Below, in pieces: positions 19,425-29,234 of a stretch of 64,000 nt of DNA (the first letter of the stretch is position 1; the number at the start of each line of letters is the position of its first letter). The stretch covers positions 5,619 to 69,618 of the forward strand of contig DASPLK010000001.1 of the NCBI GenBank assembly GCA_035627595.1, written 5' to 3'. The stretch comes from Minisyncoccota bacterium. GTDB lineage: Bacteria; Patescibacteriota; Minisyncoccia; Phycocordibacterales; Phycocordibacteraceae. The position numbers were made by a program, and so were the translations under genes. Below the pieces are notes generated by a model. That model was not told the DNA's origin. It did no database searches and saw only the letters and a program-made list of their open reading frames with translations.

Positions 19425-22400
19425 TTGTGATGGTAAAGCCGACGGAGCCCGTCGATAACTCAGCGGTATGTGGCACTTCCGGAAGCGGAGCGAACTCTAT
19501 ATACGCTGTGCCTGGTACCTGCGCGTCAGAAAGAGTCTCCCGTGCAGATTCCTCAATGGTGATCACGACCTTGTCGCGTGGAGAGAGGTCCATGCTCTTT
19601 CTGGCATCCGCGACCGCGCGCGCGAACTCGCGCTGATCTCCCCTGCGAATAAGCTCGGGTGTAAGTTCCGTATCAAGCGCCACGCTTCCCTCTTCCTTGG
19701 AGGCGTCCATAACTACCTCTTCAACGTTGAGTTCTTCTTTGATGAGCGCGAGGAGTTCCATAGAGAGTGCCGAGCCACCAAGTGTGAGCTTGCCAAGCGG
19801 TTGGCGGACTTTCACATTTGCCCTCTGACGCTCCATAAGCGCAGTCGAGGTGAGTGCGCGCACACGCTTCATATCAGTAAGAAGTGCGGCGTCCCTGTTC
19901 CCAAAGAGTGCGGTAAAGAACTGCTTCTTCATTACCGGCCACTTTGCCAAATGCACACTGATCGGCTCACTTTCCGTACGGATTGCACGGAATATCTCAT
20001 CAGCCACAAACGGCATCACTGGGGCAATGACCTTAGAGAATTCCTTGAGCACATGCTCAAGGGTACGGAGCGCTGCCTGACGGTCAGCCTCGTCGTTCGC
20101 TTTAATGCGATCGCGCGAGCGGCGTACGTACCAGGTGGAAAGATCCTCGACGAAGTCGCGTAGCGGGCGAGCGGCACGCACCAGGTCATAGCGGTCAAAA
20201 GCATCGGTCGTGCCCTCGATAACCTCGGCGAGACGCGCCAGTATCCAGCGGTCGAGTACGTGCGTACTCTCCTTCCCGCGGAGCGATGGATCGAGATCGT
20301 CCTTATACAGCGCATAAAACGCGTAAACGTTCCGGAGCATGTTTACTACGCGATTCTGCGCTTCTTTCACATCTTCGTCGCGGAATGTAAGATCTTCAGC
20401 CTGCATTACTACACTGCCCATAAGGTAGTAGCGGAACGCGTCGGCACCATACAGATCGAAGAGTTGGTACGGATCGGTGTAATTCTTCTTGGACTTCGAA
20501 AGCTTCTCACCGTTTGCGGCGAGAATCGTGCCGGTTGTAACTACGTTCCTAAATGGTGCCCTATCAAAGATCGATACCGAGATTGCGTGCATGTAGTAGA
20601 ACCATGCGCGGGTCTGACCGATGTACTCGGATATGAAATCACCAGGCGAGCGCTTCTCGAAGTCGCCCTTGTGCTCGAAGGGATAGTGGTACTCCGCAAA
20701 TGGCATGGAGCCTGACTCGACCCAACAATCTACAACCTCTGGAATACGCGTAAGCGCAGCGCCCTCTTCGTCGATGAGCTCGACGCGGTCGATGTATGGG
20801 AGATGGAAATCAAGCTCGTAGTTGCGATTGTGTGGAAGTGGCGTAAACGGGAGTTCCATTACCGCACCTGGCTTATGCGACAGGGTCGATGCGTGCTGGC
20901 GTGATTTCTCCTTATCAAGCCCCTCGGCGACTGCGGTGAGTGTTTCAAGACCGCAGCCATGTGTAACGATAAGCACGCACTCATTCTGGTGCGTCTTTTC
21001 TATCTCATAGAGAAACTCGCCAAAGCGGCGCTTTACGTCCTGATAGCTTTCGCCGCCTTCTACCTGCACGTCGTACGCGTGGTCATTCCTCCAAGCGATG
21101 AATTCTTCAAGCGGACGGCCCTCCAGCTTCCCGAACGAAAACTCGCGAAGCCGATCGTCAAAGACGATGTCCGCCTTATCGATGCCAAGACCTTCGGCGG
21201 CCATTTCTGCGGTTTCCTTCGTACGGCGTACGGGCGACGCATAGATGCGCGTCGGCGCACAGGTCTTTAGGAACTCGACGCCTTTCTTTACATCTTCCTT
21301 CCCCTCTTCGGTAAGGCCAAACGTATCAAGCGCGCTGCTGAGGGTCTTGGACGCGGTGTTCTCCGCCTGTCCGTGACGCATGATGTAGTAGCGGTTGCCG
21401 CTCTTCTTCGTGCGCATTTTCAGCTCCTCCAAGGAACCAACGACCGTGACGGCGCCCGTTTTGTCTTTCCATATCGGAAGCGGACTCGCCCAGAAACGGT
21501 TGCGGGAGATCGTCCAGTCAGGAGCTGACTCTATGTTCTTCTTAAACCTGCCGTGCTTTAGGTGCTCCGGCGACCAGTTGATCTTCTCGTTCTCCGCAAG
21601 CATGCGATCCTTCACTGCCTGGATGTCGATGAACCAGCTCGAGACTGCGTTATAGATGAGCGGCGTACCACAGCGGTAGCAGTGCGGATACGAGTGCGTG
21701 TTAGGTGCTTTTGCAAAGAGAAGTCCGCGCGTCTCGAGGTCGTCCTTGATCAGCGGTTCCGCCTTTTTTATATATTGACCCTGGAGGAACTCAGGCGCAT
21801 CTACGTTATAAGTCGCGTTTGGGTTGAGGAGCGGCACCATCGGGAGTCCTTCTTTAAGCCCAAGCTGGTAGTCGTCTTCGCCATAGATGACAGCTGTGTG
21901 CACGACACCAGTACCATCGGTGGTAGTCACGAAGTCTGCAGATAGAACTTCCCACTTCTTCCCCACATGCGCGCGTGCTTTTGCAACGTCATACAGCGGT
22001 TCGTACGAGATTCCTGTAAGGTCGCGGCCCTTCAGCTCCTTCTCGAACTCCGTTACGCCATACGTCTCCATTCGCTCCTTAGCGAGTACGACTGGCACGT
22101 TATTTATACGCACAATGACGTAATCGATGTCTGGACCGACCGCGAGGCCGACATTGCCCGGCAGTGTCCATGGCGTCGTGGTCCACGCGAGTATGTGCGT
22201 GCCTTTTGGAAGACCCTTTGATTCAGGATCGATTATCTTGAACTTTACCGTTACCGCTTCCTCGGTGATGTCCTTATAGGTATTGTCCATCGCAATCTCG
22301 GCCTTTGCGAGCGGAGTCTCGCAGTGTGGGCAGTACATGAGGACCTTGCGTCCTTCATAAAGGCGCCCCTTCTTATGTATTTCTGAAAGCGCCCACCACA

Positions 22401-22872
22401 CACTCTCGATGAACGAGTTGTCCATCGTCTTGTACGAATTATCGAAATCAACAAAGCGCCCGAGCCGCTCAATGTACCGCTTCCACTCATGCACGTATGC
22501 AAGCACCATGGAGCGTGCCTTCTCGTTAAAGTTCTCAATGCCGAGCTCGAGAATGTCCTTCTTGCTTTTGAGACCTAGCTCCGTCTCTACAAGTGATTCG
22601 ATCGGAAGTCCGTGCGTGTCCCAGCCCCAGCGACGGCGCACACGGTATCCCCGCATGGTCTTATATCGCGGAATGACATCCTTAGATGTTGAAGCGAGGA
22701 AGTGGCCAGGGTGCGGGAGACCAGTCGCAAATGGCGGTCCATCATAGAACGTGAACTCGCCCTTCGGGGCAGGCTTTTCGAGTGACTTCTCGAATATCTG
22801 CTGTTCCTTCCAAAACGCGAGTACCTCCTCCTCGCGCTTTGCTATATCCGATTTTCCCCGCTCATCTGCCAT
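19414..22872 (-). CDS. ileS: Isoleucyl-tRNA synthetase (type 2) carrying an inserted histidine-phosphatase (PGAM-like) domain
   Basis: PHPGHFLAS (HIGH region), CP1 editing block TTPWTLPGN and KLSKSKKN (KMSKS). IleRS-collinear blocks flank a ~200-aa insert at about aa 487-688. The insert holds YIMRHGQAEN ... VLIVTHGCGL. Confidence 0.9.
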   Translation of the reverse strand: MADERGKSDIAKREEEVLAFWKEQQIFEKSLEKPAPKGEFTFYDGPPFATGLPHPGHFLASTSKDVIPRYKTMRGYRVRRRWGWDTHGLPIESLVETELGLKSKKDILELGIENFNEKARSMVLAYVHEWKRYIERLGRFVDFDNSYKTMDNSFIESVWWALSEIHKKGRLYEGRKVLMYCPHCETPLAKAEIAMDNTYKDITEEAVTVKFKIIDPESKGLPKGTHILAWTTTPWTLPGNVGLAVGPDIDYVIVRINNVPVVLAKERMETYGVTEFEKELKGRDLTGISYEPLYDVAKARAHVGKKWEVLSADFVTTTDGTGVVHTAVIYGEDDYQLGLKEGLPMVPLLNPNATYNVDAPEFLQGQYIKKAEPLIKDDLETRGLLFAKAPNTHSYPHCYRCGTPLIYNAVSSWFIDIQAVKDRMLAENEKINWSPEHLKHGRFKKNIESAPDWTISRNRFWASPLPIWKDKTGAVTVVGSLEELKMRTKKSGNRYYIMRHGQAENTASKTLSSALDTFGLTEEGKEDVKKGVEFLKTCAPTRIYASPVRRTKETAEMAAEGLGIDKADIVFDDRLREFSFGKLEGRPLEEFIAWRNDHAYDVQVEGGESYQDVKRRFGEFLYEIEKTHQNECVLIVTHGCGLETLTAVAEGLDKEKSRQHASTLSHKPGAVMELPFTPLPHNRNYELDFHLPYIDRVELIDEEGAALTRIPEVVDCWVESGSMPFAEYHYPFEHKGDFEKRSPGDFISEYIGQTRAWFYYMHAISVSIFDRAPFRNVVTTGTILAANGEKLSKSKKNYTDPYQLFDLYGADAFRYYLMGSVVMQAEDLTFRDEDVKEAQNRVVNMLRNVYAFYALYKDDLDPSLRGKESTHVLDRWILARLAEVIEGTTDAFDRYDLVRAARPLRDFVEDLSTWYVRRSRDRIKANDEADRQAALRTLEHVLKEFSKVIAPVMPFVADEIFRAIRTESEPISVHLAKWPVMKKQFFTALFGNRDAALLTDMKRVRALTSTALMERQRANVKVRQPLGKLTLGGSALSMELLALIKEELNVEEVVMDASKEEGSVALDTELTPELIRRGDQREFARAVADARKSMDLSPRDKVVITIEESARETLSDAQVPGTAYIEFAPLPEVPHTAELSTGSVGFTITNAS

Positions 22873-22913
22873 AGTTTCCTTATCCTAGCGTTTAGGCGCT
22901 AAAAAGGAAACGG

Positions 22914-24584
22914 TTACATACGTTCAGGTGCCGGTATCCCTAGAAGCCAGAGGCCGCGCTCCATGGTGCGCACGAATCCTTGAGCCACCATAAGTTTGTA
23001 CGCCTCGTACTCACCGTCTCTAATTCGCTCCTTCGCATAAAACGCATTCCACTCTCCTGCCAACTGCGTAAGGTAGGTGGCAATATGCTGCGGCGCTTTT
23101 TCTGCTTCTGCGCGTTCGGCAACTTTTGGAAAACGCGCGATGAGTCGCTCGATGGTGTACGGCTCATCGGGAGCGTTCTGGATGCTCGGCCGCACGCTTG
23201 ATTGCGCGAGGATGGATTTCGCACGTACGAGCGCGTACTGCAGGTACGGTCCCGAGTCGCCGTCTAGCGAGAGCGACTTCTCTGGATCAAATACAACATT
23301 CGTGCCAGGAGACGCGCGAAGGATCATGTACTTGAGCGCACCGACTGCAACTTTCTCTGCAACAAGCGGGTCGTCGTTCTTACCAAGCGCCTTCTCCATC
23401 ACTTCTTCGATGATGCCAGCTGCGGTTAGAACATTTCCCTTTCGAGAGGACATCTTGCCGGTTGTAAGCTGTAAAAGGCCGTGAGGCACGTGATGCGTCT
23501 TTTGTGCAATCAATGGTGCTATCTCCTCGATCGCGGCTAGGAACACTTTGAAATGCCCTACCTGCTCCAGGCCAGTAAGTATGTAGGAATGATCGTTTGG
23601 AATACGCTGCTCCTTTAGGAATGCGAGTCCAATCTCTTTCGTCTCATAGGTTGGCGTGCCGCGACTCGTGATGAAAACGAGTGTATGAAGACCCTTTGCC
23701 TCTCCTTGGTACACGACCGCGCCTTCACTTCTCGTAAAGATGCCCTTCTCTAGGGCGTCCCCTACTACCTCCATGCCTATAGGTGTGGTCTCACTCTCAA
23801 ATATGAAATAGTCGAAATCCGAATTGAGTACGCGGTATATCTCTTTAAATGCACTAAACGCAGCGTCGCGCCCCTTCCGCCAAAGCTCAAGAAGCGCGCG
23901 ATCTTCCTCTGTGTGCTCGGACTCGTCCTTTGCGAGTGCTGTGTACAGCGCGACATTGAGCTCATCAATTTCAGCCTTTGCTACCTCGCTCTCTTCGTAC
24001 GCCCGCCCGCCCGCTTCGTACGCGCTTCCTACCTCCTTAGCTGTAGCTGGCTCCGTGATGCCCTTCTTACGCAGGCCCCAAATACCCTTTGCGACATGTG
24101 GTCCTACATCGCCGCCATACGAATCGCGTATAACGTGTGCGCCGGTATTCTCTACGAGACGCGAAAATGATTCGCCGATAACTGTGCTCATAAGATGGCC
24201 AATATGCATCTCCTTGAATGGGTTCGGGCATGAGTACTCGACCACAACCCGCTCTCCAGCACGTGAGGAGCCTTTTCCCCAGTCTTCGTCTATATCCGCG
24301 AGTGTCTGCGCGAGGTACGTCCGTGAGCTTGTTACGTTGATAAATCCAGGACCAGCAACATCCACCGACGTCGCGTCGTCTTTAAGTGCATCCTTAAGGA
24401 TTGCGGCAAGATCCTCCGCAAGGGTGCGCGGATTCACATTGAGCTCTTTGGCTGCAGCAAGTGCTGCATTGACCGCGTAATCGCCATGCCTCAAGTCGCC
24501 AGGCCACTCCACCGCAAAGGAAACGTTGGGGGCACCTCTCGCCTTCAGCGCATCAGCAATAATTGTACGTATGCGGTCTTCCAT
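22914..24584 (-). CDS. argS: Arginyl-tRNA synthetase; the ORF track extends to 24650, but the start is probably the ATG at 24584
   Basis: MEDRIRTIIADALKARG N-terminus, HIGH motif CPNPFKEMHIGHLMSTVIGES, and a KMSSRKGN-like motif near the C-terminus. Confidence 0.9.
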   Translation of the reverse strand: MEDRIRTIIADALKARGAPNVSFAVEWPGDLRHGDYAVNAALAAAKELNVNPRTLAEDLAAILKDALKDDATSVDVAGPGFINVTSSRTYLAQTLADIDEDWGKGSSRAGERVVVEYSCPNPFKEMHIGHLMSTVIGESFSRLVENTGAHVIRDSYGGDVGPHVAKGIWGLRKKGITEPATAKEVGSAYEAGGRAYEESEVAKAEIDELNVALYTALAKDESEHTEEDRALLELWRKGRDAAFSAFKEIYRVLNSDFDYFIFESETTPIGMEVVGDALEKGIFTRSEGAVVYQGEAKGLHTLVFITSRGTPTYETKEIGLAFLKEQRIPNDHSYILTGLEQVGHFKVFLAAIEEIAPLIAQKTHHVPHGLLQLTTGKMSSRKGNVLTAAGIIEEVMEKALGKNDDPLVAEKVAVGALKYMILRASPGTNVVFDPEKSLSLDGDSGPYLQYALVRAKSILAQSSVRPSIQNAPDEPYTIERLIARFPKVAERAEAEKAPQHIATYLTQLAGEWNAFYAKERIRDGEYEAYKLMVAQGFVRTMERGLWLLGIPAPERM

Positions 24585-24606
24585 GTTGGGACTATAACAG
24601 AAAATG

Positions 24607-24647
24607 CCCTGGTGCGGCGGCCGTGGTAGCTGGCCGCCGCACCAGGG
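24607..24647 (-). terminator. Long GC hairpin (ccctggtgcggcggccgtggtagctggccgccgcaccaggg) between the 24660 gene end and the argS start
   Basis: ~17-bp inverted repeat. Confidence 0.4.
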
Positions 24648-24659
24648 CACCTTTCCTTT

Positions 24660-25382
24660 CTAGTTCATTCGTCCGACGAAAAACTTTGGCAAGAAGCTAT
24701 CTACCCATGAACCAAGACCGGTCGCAATTCGCGGACGTACTCCGCCGGCTACCGCAACTCGCTCGGTTAGGTTCACCTTGGTCGCGGTGAGCGATGTCCC
24801 CTTTCCACTTCCAAAAGCGAGTACGGAATCACCCTCGCTTATATCCGAGAAGACACGGGCACCGCTCTGGGCATATATGGTCTTCTCATCGGTGCGCACT
24901 GTGATGGTCTTTCCGTCTCCAGTAACAATAGTGAGCGTGCGTGCCTCTGGATCGATTGACTGCACCGTACCTGAGTGGACAATGTGATTGCTGGAAATCG
25001 ACCAGTCACGTACGGAATCTGCATTAACCGTAAACGGTGCCATATTGGACTGAATGGTGCCTGTAAAGCTCACATAGTCACCAGGCGTCACTTGCGTGAG
25101 AGTGATCTTGCCGCCGTCTTTGCGAGCTATTGGCGTTCCCTCTCCGGTCTGGACATTCCAAGTGAGTTTTCCCGAACCCCATAATGTCTCCGCGCGAAAG
25201 CCATCGGCAGTCACCTCACGGACGCGAGCCCCTTTCACGTTCACCTTTCCGCTCTCCTGCATGACTACTTCGAGTGTTACGCCTACCGAGCCTGGATCAT
25301 AATCGCTACTGGCTGACGCCACGGCTGGAAGCGTGACGAGTGCTATCGCGAGCGTAAGGAGGGTTGTCGTGATTCGGTTCAT
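24660..25382 (-). CDS. Secreted beta-repeat protein (DUF5666-like), paralog A
   Basis: Signal peptide MNRITTTLLTLAIALVTLPAVASA. Repeated GTV.S.D....LTI.T.DGKTITV-type strands. Clearly paralogous to 25529..26293. Confidence 0.5.
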   Translation of the reverse strand: MNRITTTLLTLAIALVTLPAVASASSDYDPGSVGVTLEVVMQESGKVNVKGARVREVTADGFRAETLWGSGKLTWNVQTGEGTPIARKDGGKITLTQVTPGDYVSFTGTIQSNMAPFTVNADSVRDWSISSNHIVHSGTVQSIDPEARTLTIVTGDGKTITVRTDEKTIYAQSGARVFSDISEGDSVLAFGSGKGTSLTATKVNLTERVAVAGGVRPRIATGLGSWVDSFLPKFFVGRMN

Positions 25383-25483
25383 GCGTGTATGCGTTACTGC
25401 GGACTCAAGTCCTTACTTAGGCTGACGACCTTGTTCCTCTTTTCTTACTACACCACGAGTTTTAAAAATGTGAAGCTGATATG

Positions 25484-25515
25484 AAGAGACCGCCTACATG
25501 GTGTAGGCGGTCTCT
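25484..25515 (-). terminator. Terminator hairpin (aagagaccgcctacatggtgtaggcggtctctt) after paralog B
   Basis: Perfect 12-bp stem. Confidence 0.45.
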
Positions 25516-25528
25516 TCAAGGGGATGTA

Positions 25529-26293
25529 CTAGCGGTCGTTTCCAAAGATCGCGCCAATTTTCTTCCAGAATCCCCATGCGTTCCCTTTCGGGAACTTATT
25601 GTCCTTCTCCACCGCAGCTTTAGCGGTTAGCGATATGGAGGATGCAGTGAGCACGTTGGTATCAGAATTGTATGCACCATATGCCACAACCTTTGAGTCG
25701 ACATCTATATCGCCAAGCGCATCAAGCGCGCTCGCGTACTCGGTATCGCCGGTCACCCGTACCGTCACATTGCCGCGACCGGTTGTTGAAAGTGTGAACC
25801 GGTCATCGTCCACATCGGTTACGGTACCAGTGAATGCAATGCGATTTTCTGCGAGCGACCAATTCTTCACGACGTCGGCCGCAACGGAGAACGAGCTCCC
25901 TGAGGATAGGGTTCCGCTAAAGCTGATATAGTCGCCGTCTTGTATATCCCCCATCTCCGATGAACTGCCGTTCTTTTGGATGAAGTCTGTGTCGCCATCT
26001 GTTCGCACGGTCCACGTGATAGAGCTCGCGTCCCACATGGTCTGTGCGGTGATGGTACTGCCGGAGACATCGGTCACCCTTGCGCCTCTAACGGTGGTTT
26101 TGCCGTTATCGGCAATCATAATCTCGAGGGTCGAACCTACTGATCGCGGTGCGAACGCTTTATTTGCATTGCCGCTCTGGGCAAGCGCATATACCGGCGC
26201 CACAATGAGTGCCGCGACCACAGCGACGGTACCTAAGTTCTTGTAGTGAGTCTTCATATGTTCAGTTCGGTTAGTGCGTATAAGCGCTACCAA
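25529..26293 (-). CDS. Secreted beta-repeat protein (DUF5666-like), paralog B
   Basis: Hydrophobic leader (VAVVAALIVAPVYALA) and the same block order as paralog A: LEIMIADNGKTTVRGARVTDV versus LEVVMQESGKVNVKGARVREV. Confidence 0.5.
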   Translation of the reverse strand: MVALIRTNRTEHMKTHYKNLGTVAVVAALIVAPVYALAQSGNANKAFAPRSVGSTLEIMIADNGKTTVRGARVTDVSGSTITAQTMWDASSITWTVRTDGDTDFIQKNGSSSEMGDIQDGDYISFSGTLSSGSSFSVAADVVKNWSLAENRIAFTGTVTDVDDDRFTLSTTGRGNVTVRVTGDTEYASALDALGDIDVDSKVVAYGAYNSDTNVLTASSISLTAKAAVEKDNKFPKGNAWGFWKKIGAIFGNDR

Positions 26294-26362
26294 CTACTAA
26301 AGACGTATGCGATACATGCCGCTTACCTCACTGCTTTCTCACCCTGCTGAACTGACTATGAA

Positions 26363-27619
26363 TTACACGAACGATTCTGGGACCGCGTGGCTAAGCGCCA
26401 TTGTGCGTATGTCTTCACGCACCTTCCCAGCGTCACGATTTGTGAGGACTTCGATCATAAGCTCTGCGACGCGCGCGCACTCTTCTTTGGTGAAACCGCG
26501 AGTCGTGAGTGCCGGCGTACCAAACCGGATGCCGGAGGGGTCCATGGGCTTACGGGTATCGTCCGCAATCGAGTTCTTATTGAGCGTTATGCCTGCTTCG
26601 TCTAGGAGCTTCTCCGCATCGCCGCCGGAAATATTGAACGAACTCCATACGTCCGCAAGAATGAGGTGGTTATCCGTGCCGCCGGTTATGAGCCGTGCGT
26701 TGTTTGCGGCAAACACTTCTGCCATAGCGGCCGCGTTCTCGACGACATTTGCCGCATAGGTCTTAAACGTTGGACGGAGCGCTTCGCCAAACGCGATAGC
26801 CTTGGCTGCGATCTGGTGCATGTGCGGACCACCCTGGAAGCCAGGGAACACTGCCTTGTCTATCTTCTGCGCAATCTCCTCGTTCTCCCTCGTGAGGATC
26901 ATGCCGCCGCGGGGACCGCGCAACGTCTTATGCGTCGTCGTGGTCATGACATCGAATCCATAATCGAATGGGTTCTTCGCTGCGCCGCCGGCGATAAGGC
27001 CTGCGATATGTGCCACGTCCGCAACCGCATATGCGCCAACTTCCTTTGCGATAGCGGCAATTTTCTCCCAGTTAAGCTCACGCGGGTATGCGGAGAAACC
27101 AGCAAGAATGATCTTGGGCTTCTCGGCTAGCGCGGTTTCGCGCAGCTGCTCGTAGTCGATCTCTCCGGTCTCTATGTCCTTCATCTTGTAGCGGACGAAG
27201 CGGAACACCTTGGAGATGTAAGTGACCGGATGTCCGTGCGTTAGGTGTCCGCCATGAGAGAGATCCATGCCGAGCACGGTATCGCCCGGCTCAAGCAAGG
27301 CCATGTACGCGGCAATGTTCGCGTTAGCACCTCCCAGAGGCTGCACGTTCGCAAATCCTGCACCGAACAACTCCTTTGCACGCGCGATTGCTATCCGCTC
27401 CACTTGGTCGGTGTATTCCTGACCGCCGTAGTAGCGCTTGCCGGGATATCCTTCCGAATACTTATTGGTAAGCACTGAGGACATCGCCTCGCGCACCGCA
27501 AGTGATACATAGTTCTCGCTTGGAATGAGCTCGAGCCCTTCTGCCTCACGATTCTCTTCTCCCTCTATTGTCTTGAAGACCTCAACGTCTTCCCTTTTGA
27601 TGTGGTCGTACATAGCCAT
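26363..27619 (-). CDS. glyA: Serine hydroxymethyltransferase
   Basis: LELIPSENYVS, the TNKYSEGYPGKRYYGG motif and the PLP-Lys region THKTLRGPRGG. Confidence 0.95.
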   Translation of the reverse strand: MAMYDHIKREDVEVFKTIEGEENREAEGLELIPSENYVSLAVREAMSSVLTNKYSEGYPGKRYYGGQEYTDQVERIAIARAKELFGAGFANVQPLGGANANIAAYMALLEPGDTVLGMDLSHGGHLTHGHPVTYISKVFRFVRYKMKDIETGEIDYEQLRETALAEKPKIILAGFSAYPRELNWEKIAAIAKEVGAYAVADVAHIAGLIAGGAAKNPFDYGFDVMTTTTHKTLRGPRGGMILTRENEEIAQKIDKAVFPGFQGGPHMHQIAAKAIAFGEALRPTFKTYAANVVENAAAMAEVFAANNARLITGGTDNHLILADVWSSFNISGGDAEKLLDEAGITLNKNSIADDTRKPMDPSGIRFGTPALTTRGFTKEECARVAELMIEVLTNRDAGKVREDIRTMALSHAVPESFV

Positions 27620-27756
27620 ACTCGTTACGTAAATAAGGAAATGTGGCTGGCCTTAGGCAAAGCTCGACCAGGTGTGGGTGGTACGGTTCGTAAGCATTGG
27701 GAGTAGTATACAGCCCCGCCCTGTCTTCATGTACCAGTCTTCGATAGCATTTATTT

Positions 27757-28824
27757 ATGCCCTTCATGACCGCTACAGAGCTGAAGCCATACCCTTTCAC
27801 AAATATGGCGGCTACCCCCCTGTTCCCGGTCCGCACAATCGGGCCACTCTTCGAATCAACGCGTTTTAAAGACACCAAAGACCCGTGCATCGCATTTGAT
27901 GGAACGACTTGGCACATATATGGCTCGGGCGGAGATGTGCGAAGCGAGGAATGGCAAATACTCCATGCGACCGCACCCACGATTGAAGGTCCTTGGACTG
28001 AACAGGAGCCAGCGGTTCTGCGCGGCGTTGAAGGGCCGCATGTTGCGGCTCCTTCCGTCATCTATGACTTTGATGACAAGCTCTTTCACATGGCAGTGCA
28101 GAAGGACTTCATGTCTATTGGTGGTGGTATCGCCTATCTAGTCTCTGCGGATGGACACATATTTACCAAAATGCGTACGCTCGTTGAGCCTAAAGGCATG
28201 AGCGAGGCTGGGCTCTATGATCCGCAGTTTGCGCAGATTAAAGGTAAGAAGTATCTCGTGTACTCGGGCATACCTGCTCTACTTTCGTACGACCATCCAT
28301 TCATTCCTCAGCCTGATGTGTATCTCGCGCGCTCGGTCACTGACCGTTGGGTCGGGTATTGGAAGCGCATGAAGCGTGTACTTGCGCATGATGACATCGC
28401 TTGGCACCACAACCGTCTCGGTCACCCTGACTACGAATGGGGCATCGAAGGCCCGCAGATCGTAGAACTTCCTGATGGGAAAATCCTTCTGAACGCGACC
28501 TGCTTCCTCGAAGAGGGACGACGCGGTACCCGGCAGCGCGTATTCTTCGCGCACGCGGATGATGTTAAAGGTCCCTACACGAGTATAGGACCGGTGCTCC
28601 TACCTCCTGATACCGGGTGGGAATCTGGCGAGAACGGACACGCAAGCCTTTGGGTTGAGCATGGATGTTTGTATCTCTTCTACCAAGCGCGCTCCAAGGA
28701 CGAACCTAATCCGCACGACAACAATTGGCGATATGGGATTGCCGTCTACTCGCTTGAAGACATACGCACCGCCCGCGAGCAAGCAGAAAAGCGAGATGAG
28801 GCGCTAGAGGCCAGTGGTGCCTAA
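27757..28824 (+). CDS. Five-bladed beta-propeller glycoside-hydrolase-like protein (GH43/GH117/GH130 clan)
   Basis: DPCIAFDGTTWHIYGSGG N-terminal blade with catalytic-Asp-like DP, then repeated aromatic/Gly blade motifs. The specific family is not assignable by eye. Confidence 0.4.
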   Translation: MPFMTATELKPYPFTNMAATPLFPVRTIGPLFESTRFKDTKDPCIAFDGTTWHIYGSGGDVRSEEWQILHATAPTIEGPWTEQEPAVLRGVEGPHVAAPSVIYDFDDKLFHMAVQKDFMSIGGGIAYLVSADGHIFTKMRTLVEPKGMSEAGLYDPQFAQIKGKKYLVYSGIPALLSYDHPFIPQPDVYLARSVTDRWVGYWKRMKRVLAHDDIAWHHNRLGHPDYEWGIEGPQIVELPDGKILLNATCFLEEGRRGTRQRVFFAHADDVKGPYTSIGPVLLPPDTGWESGENGHASLWVEHGCLYLFYQARSKDEPNPHDNNWRYGIAVYSLEDIRTAREQAEKRDEALEASGA

Positions 28825-29232
28825 TCCGCCCCGCTCCGGTGTGCCGAGCGTATCAACCTCCTTCAGAGTGAACCGGTCGTACGGCATGACGACCATCTGC
28901 GCGACACGGTCGCCGCGCGAGACAAGCACCGGCTCGTCGGTAAAGTTGTAGAGAATAGCGCGGTACTCGTCCGCATCACCGGCATAATCCTCGTCCATAA
29001 TTCCGACACCGTTTGCGAACATGAGGCCACGCTTATGCAGCGAACTTCGAGCGGCAAGGAGTACGAAATGCCCCTTCGGTAACTTAAGTGCGAAGTTAAG
29101 AAATGCGTAGCCTATGCTCTTTGGTGCGATGGTAACGTCCTCGCGCACGTAGCAATCAAGCGCGGTCGCCCCTTCCGTTCCATACGACGGCATTGGCAGA
29201 TCCTTATCGATGCGCCGGATCTCTATATCCAT
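28804..29232 (-). CDS. dut: dUTP diphosphatase; the ORF track extends to 29316, but the start is likely the ATG at 29232
   Basis: Motifs GTEGATALD, RSSL, GVGIMDEDYAGD and DRVAQMVV, and a C-terminal GGLGTTG. Confidence 0.8.
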   Translation of the reverse strand: MDIEIRRIDKDLPMPSYGTEGATALDCYVREDVTIAPKSIGYAFLNFALKLPKGHFVLLAARSSLHKRGLMFANGVGIMDEDYAGDADEYRAILYNFTDEPVLVSRGDRVAQMVVMPYDRFTLKEVDTLGTPERGGLGTTGL

Positions 29233-29234
29233 AC

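Noticed and set aside
19468-20163. 231-aa plus-strand ORF inside ileS
   Set aside because: It is antisense to the ileS coding frame, which is continuous and motif-rich.
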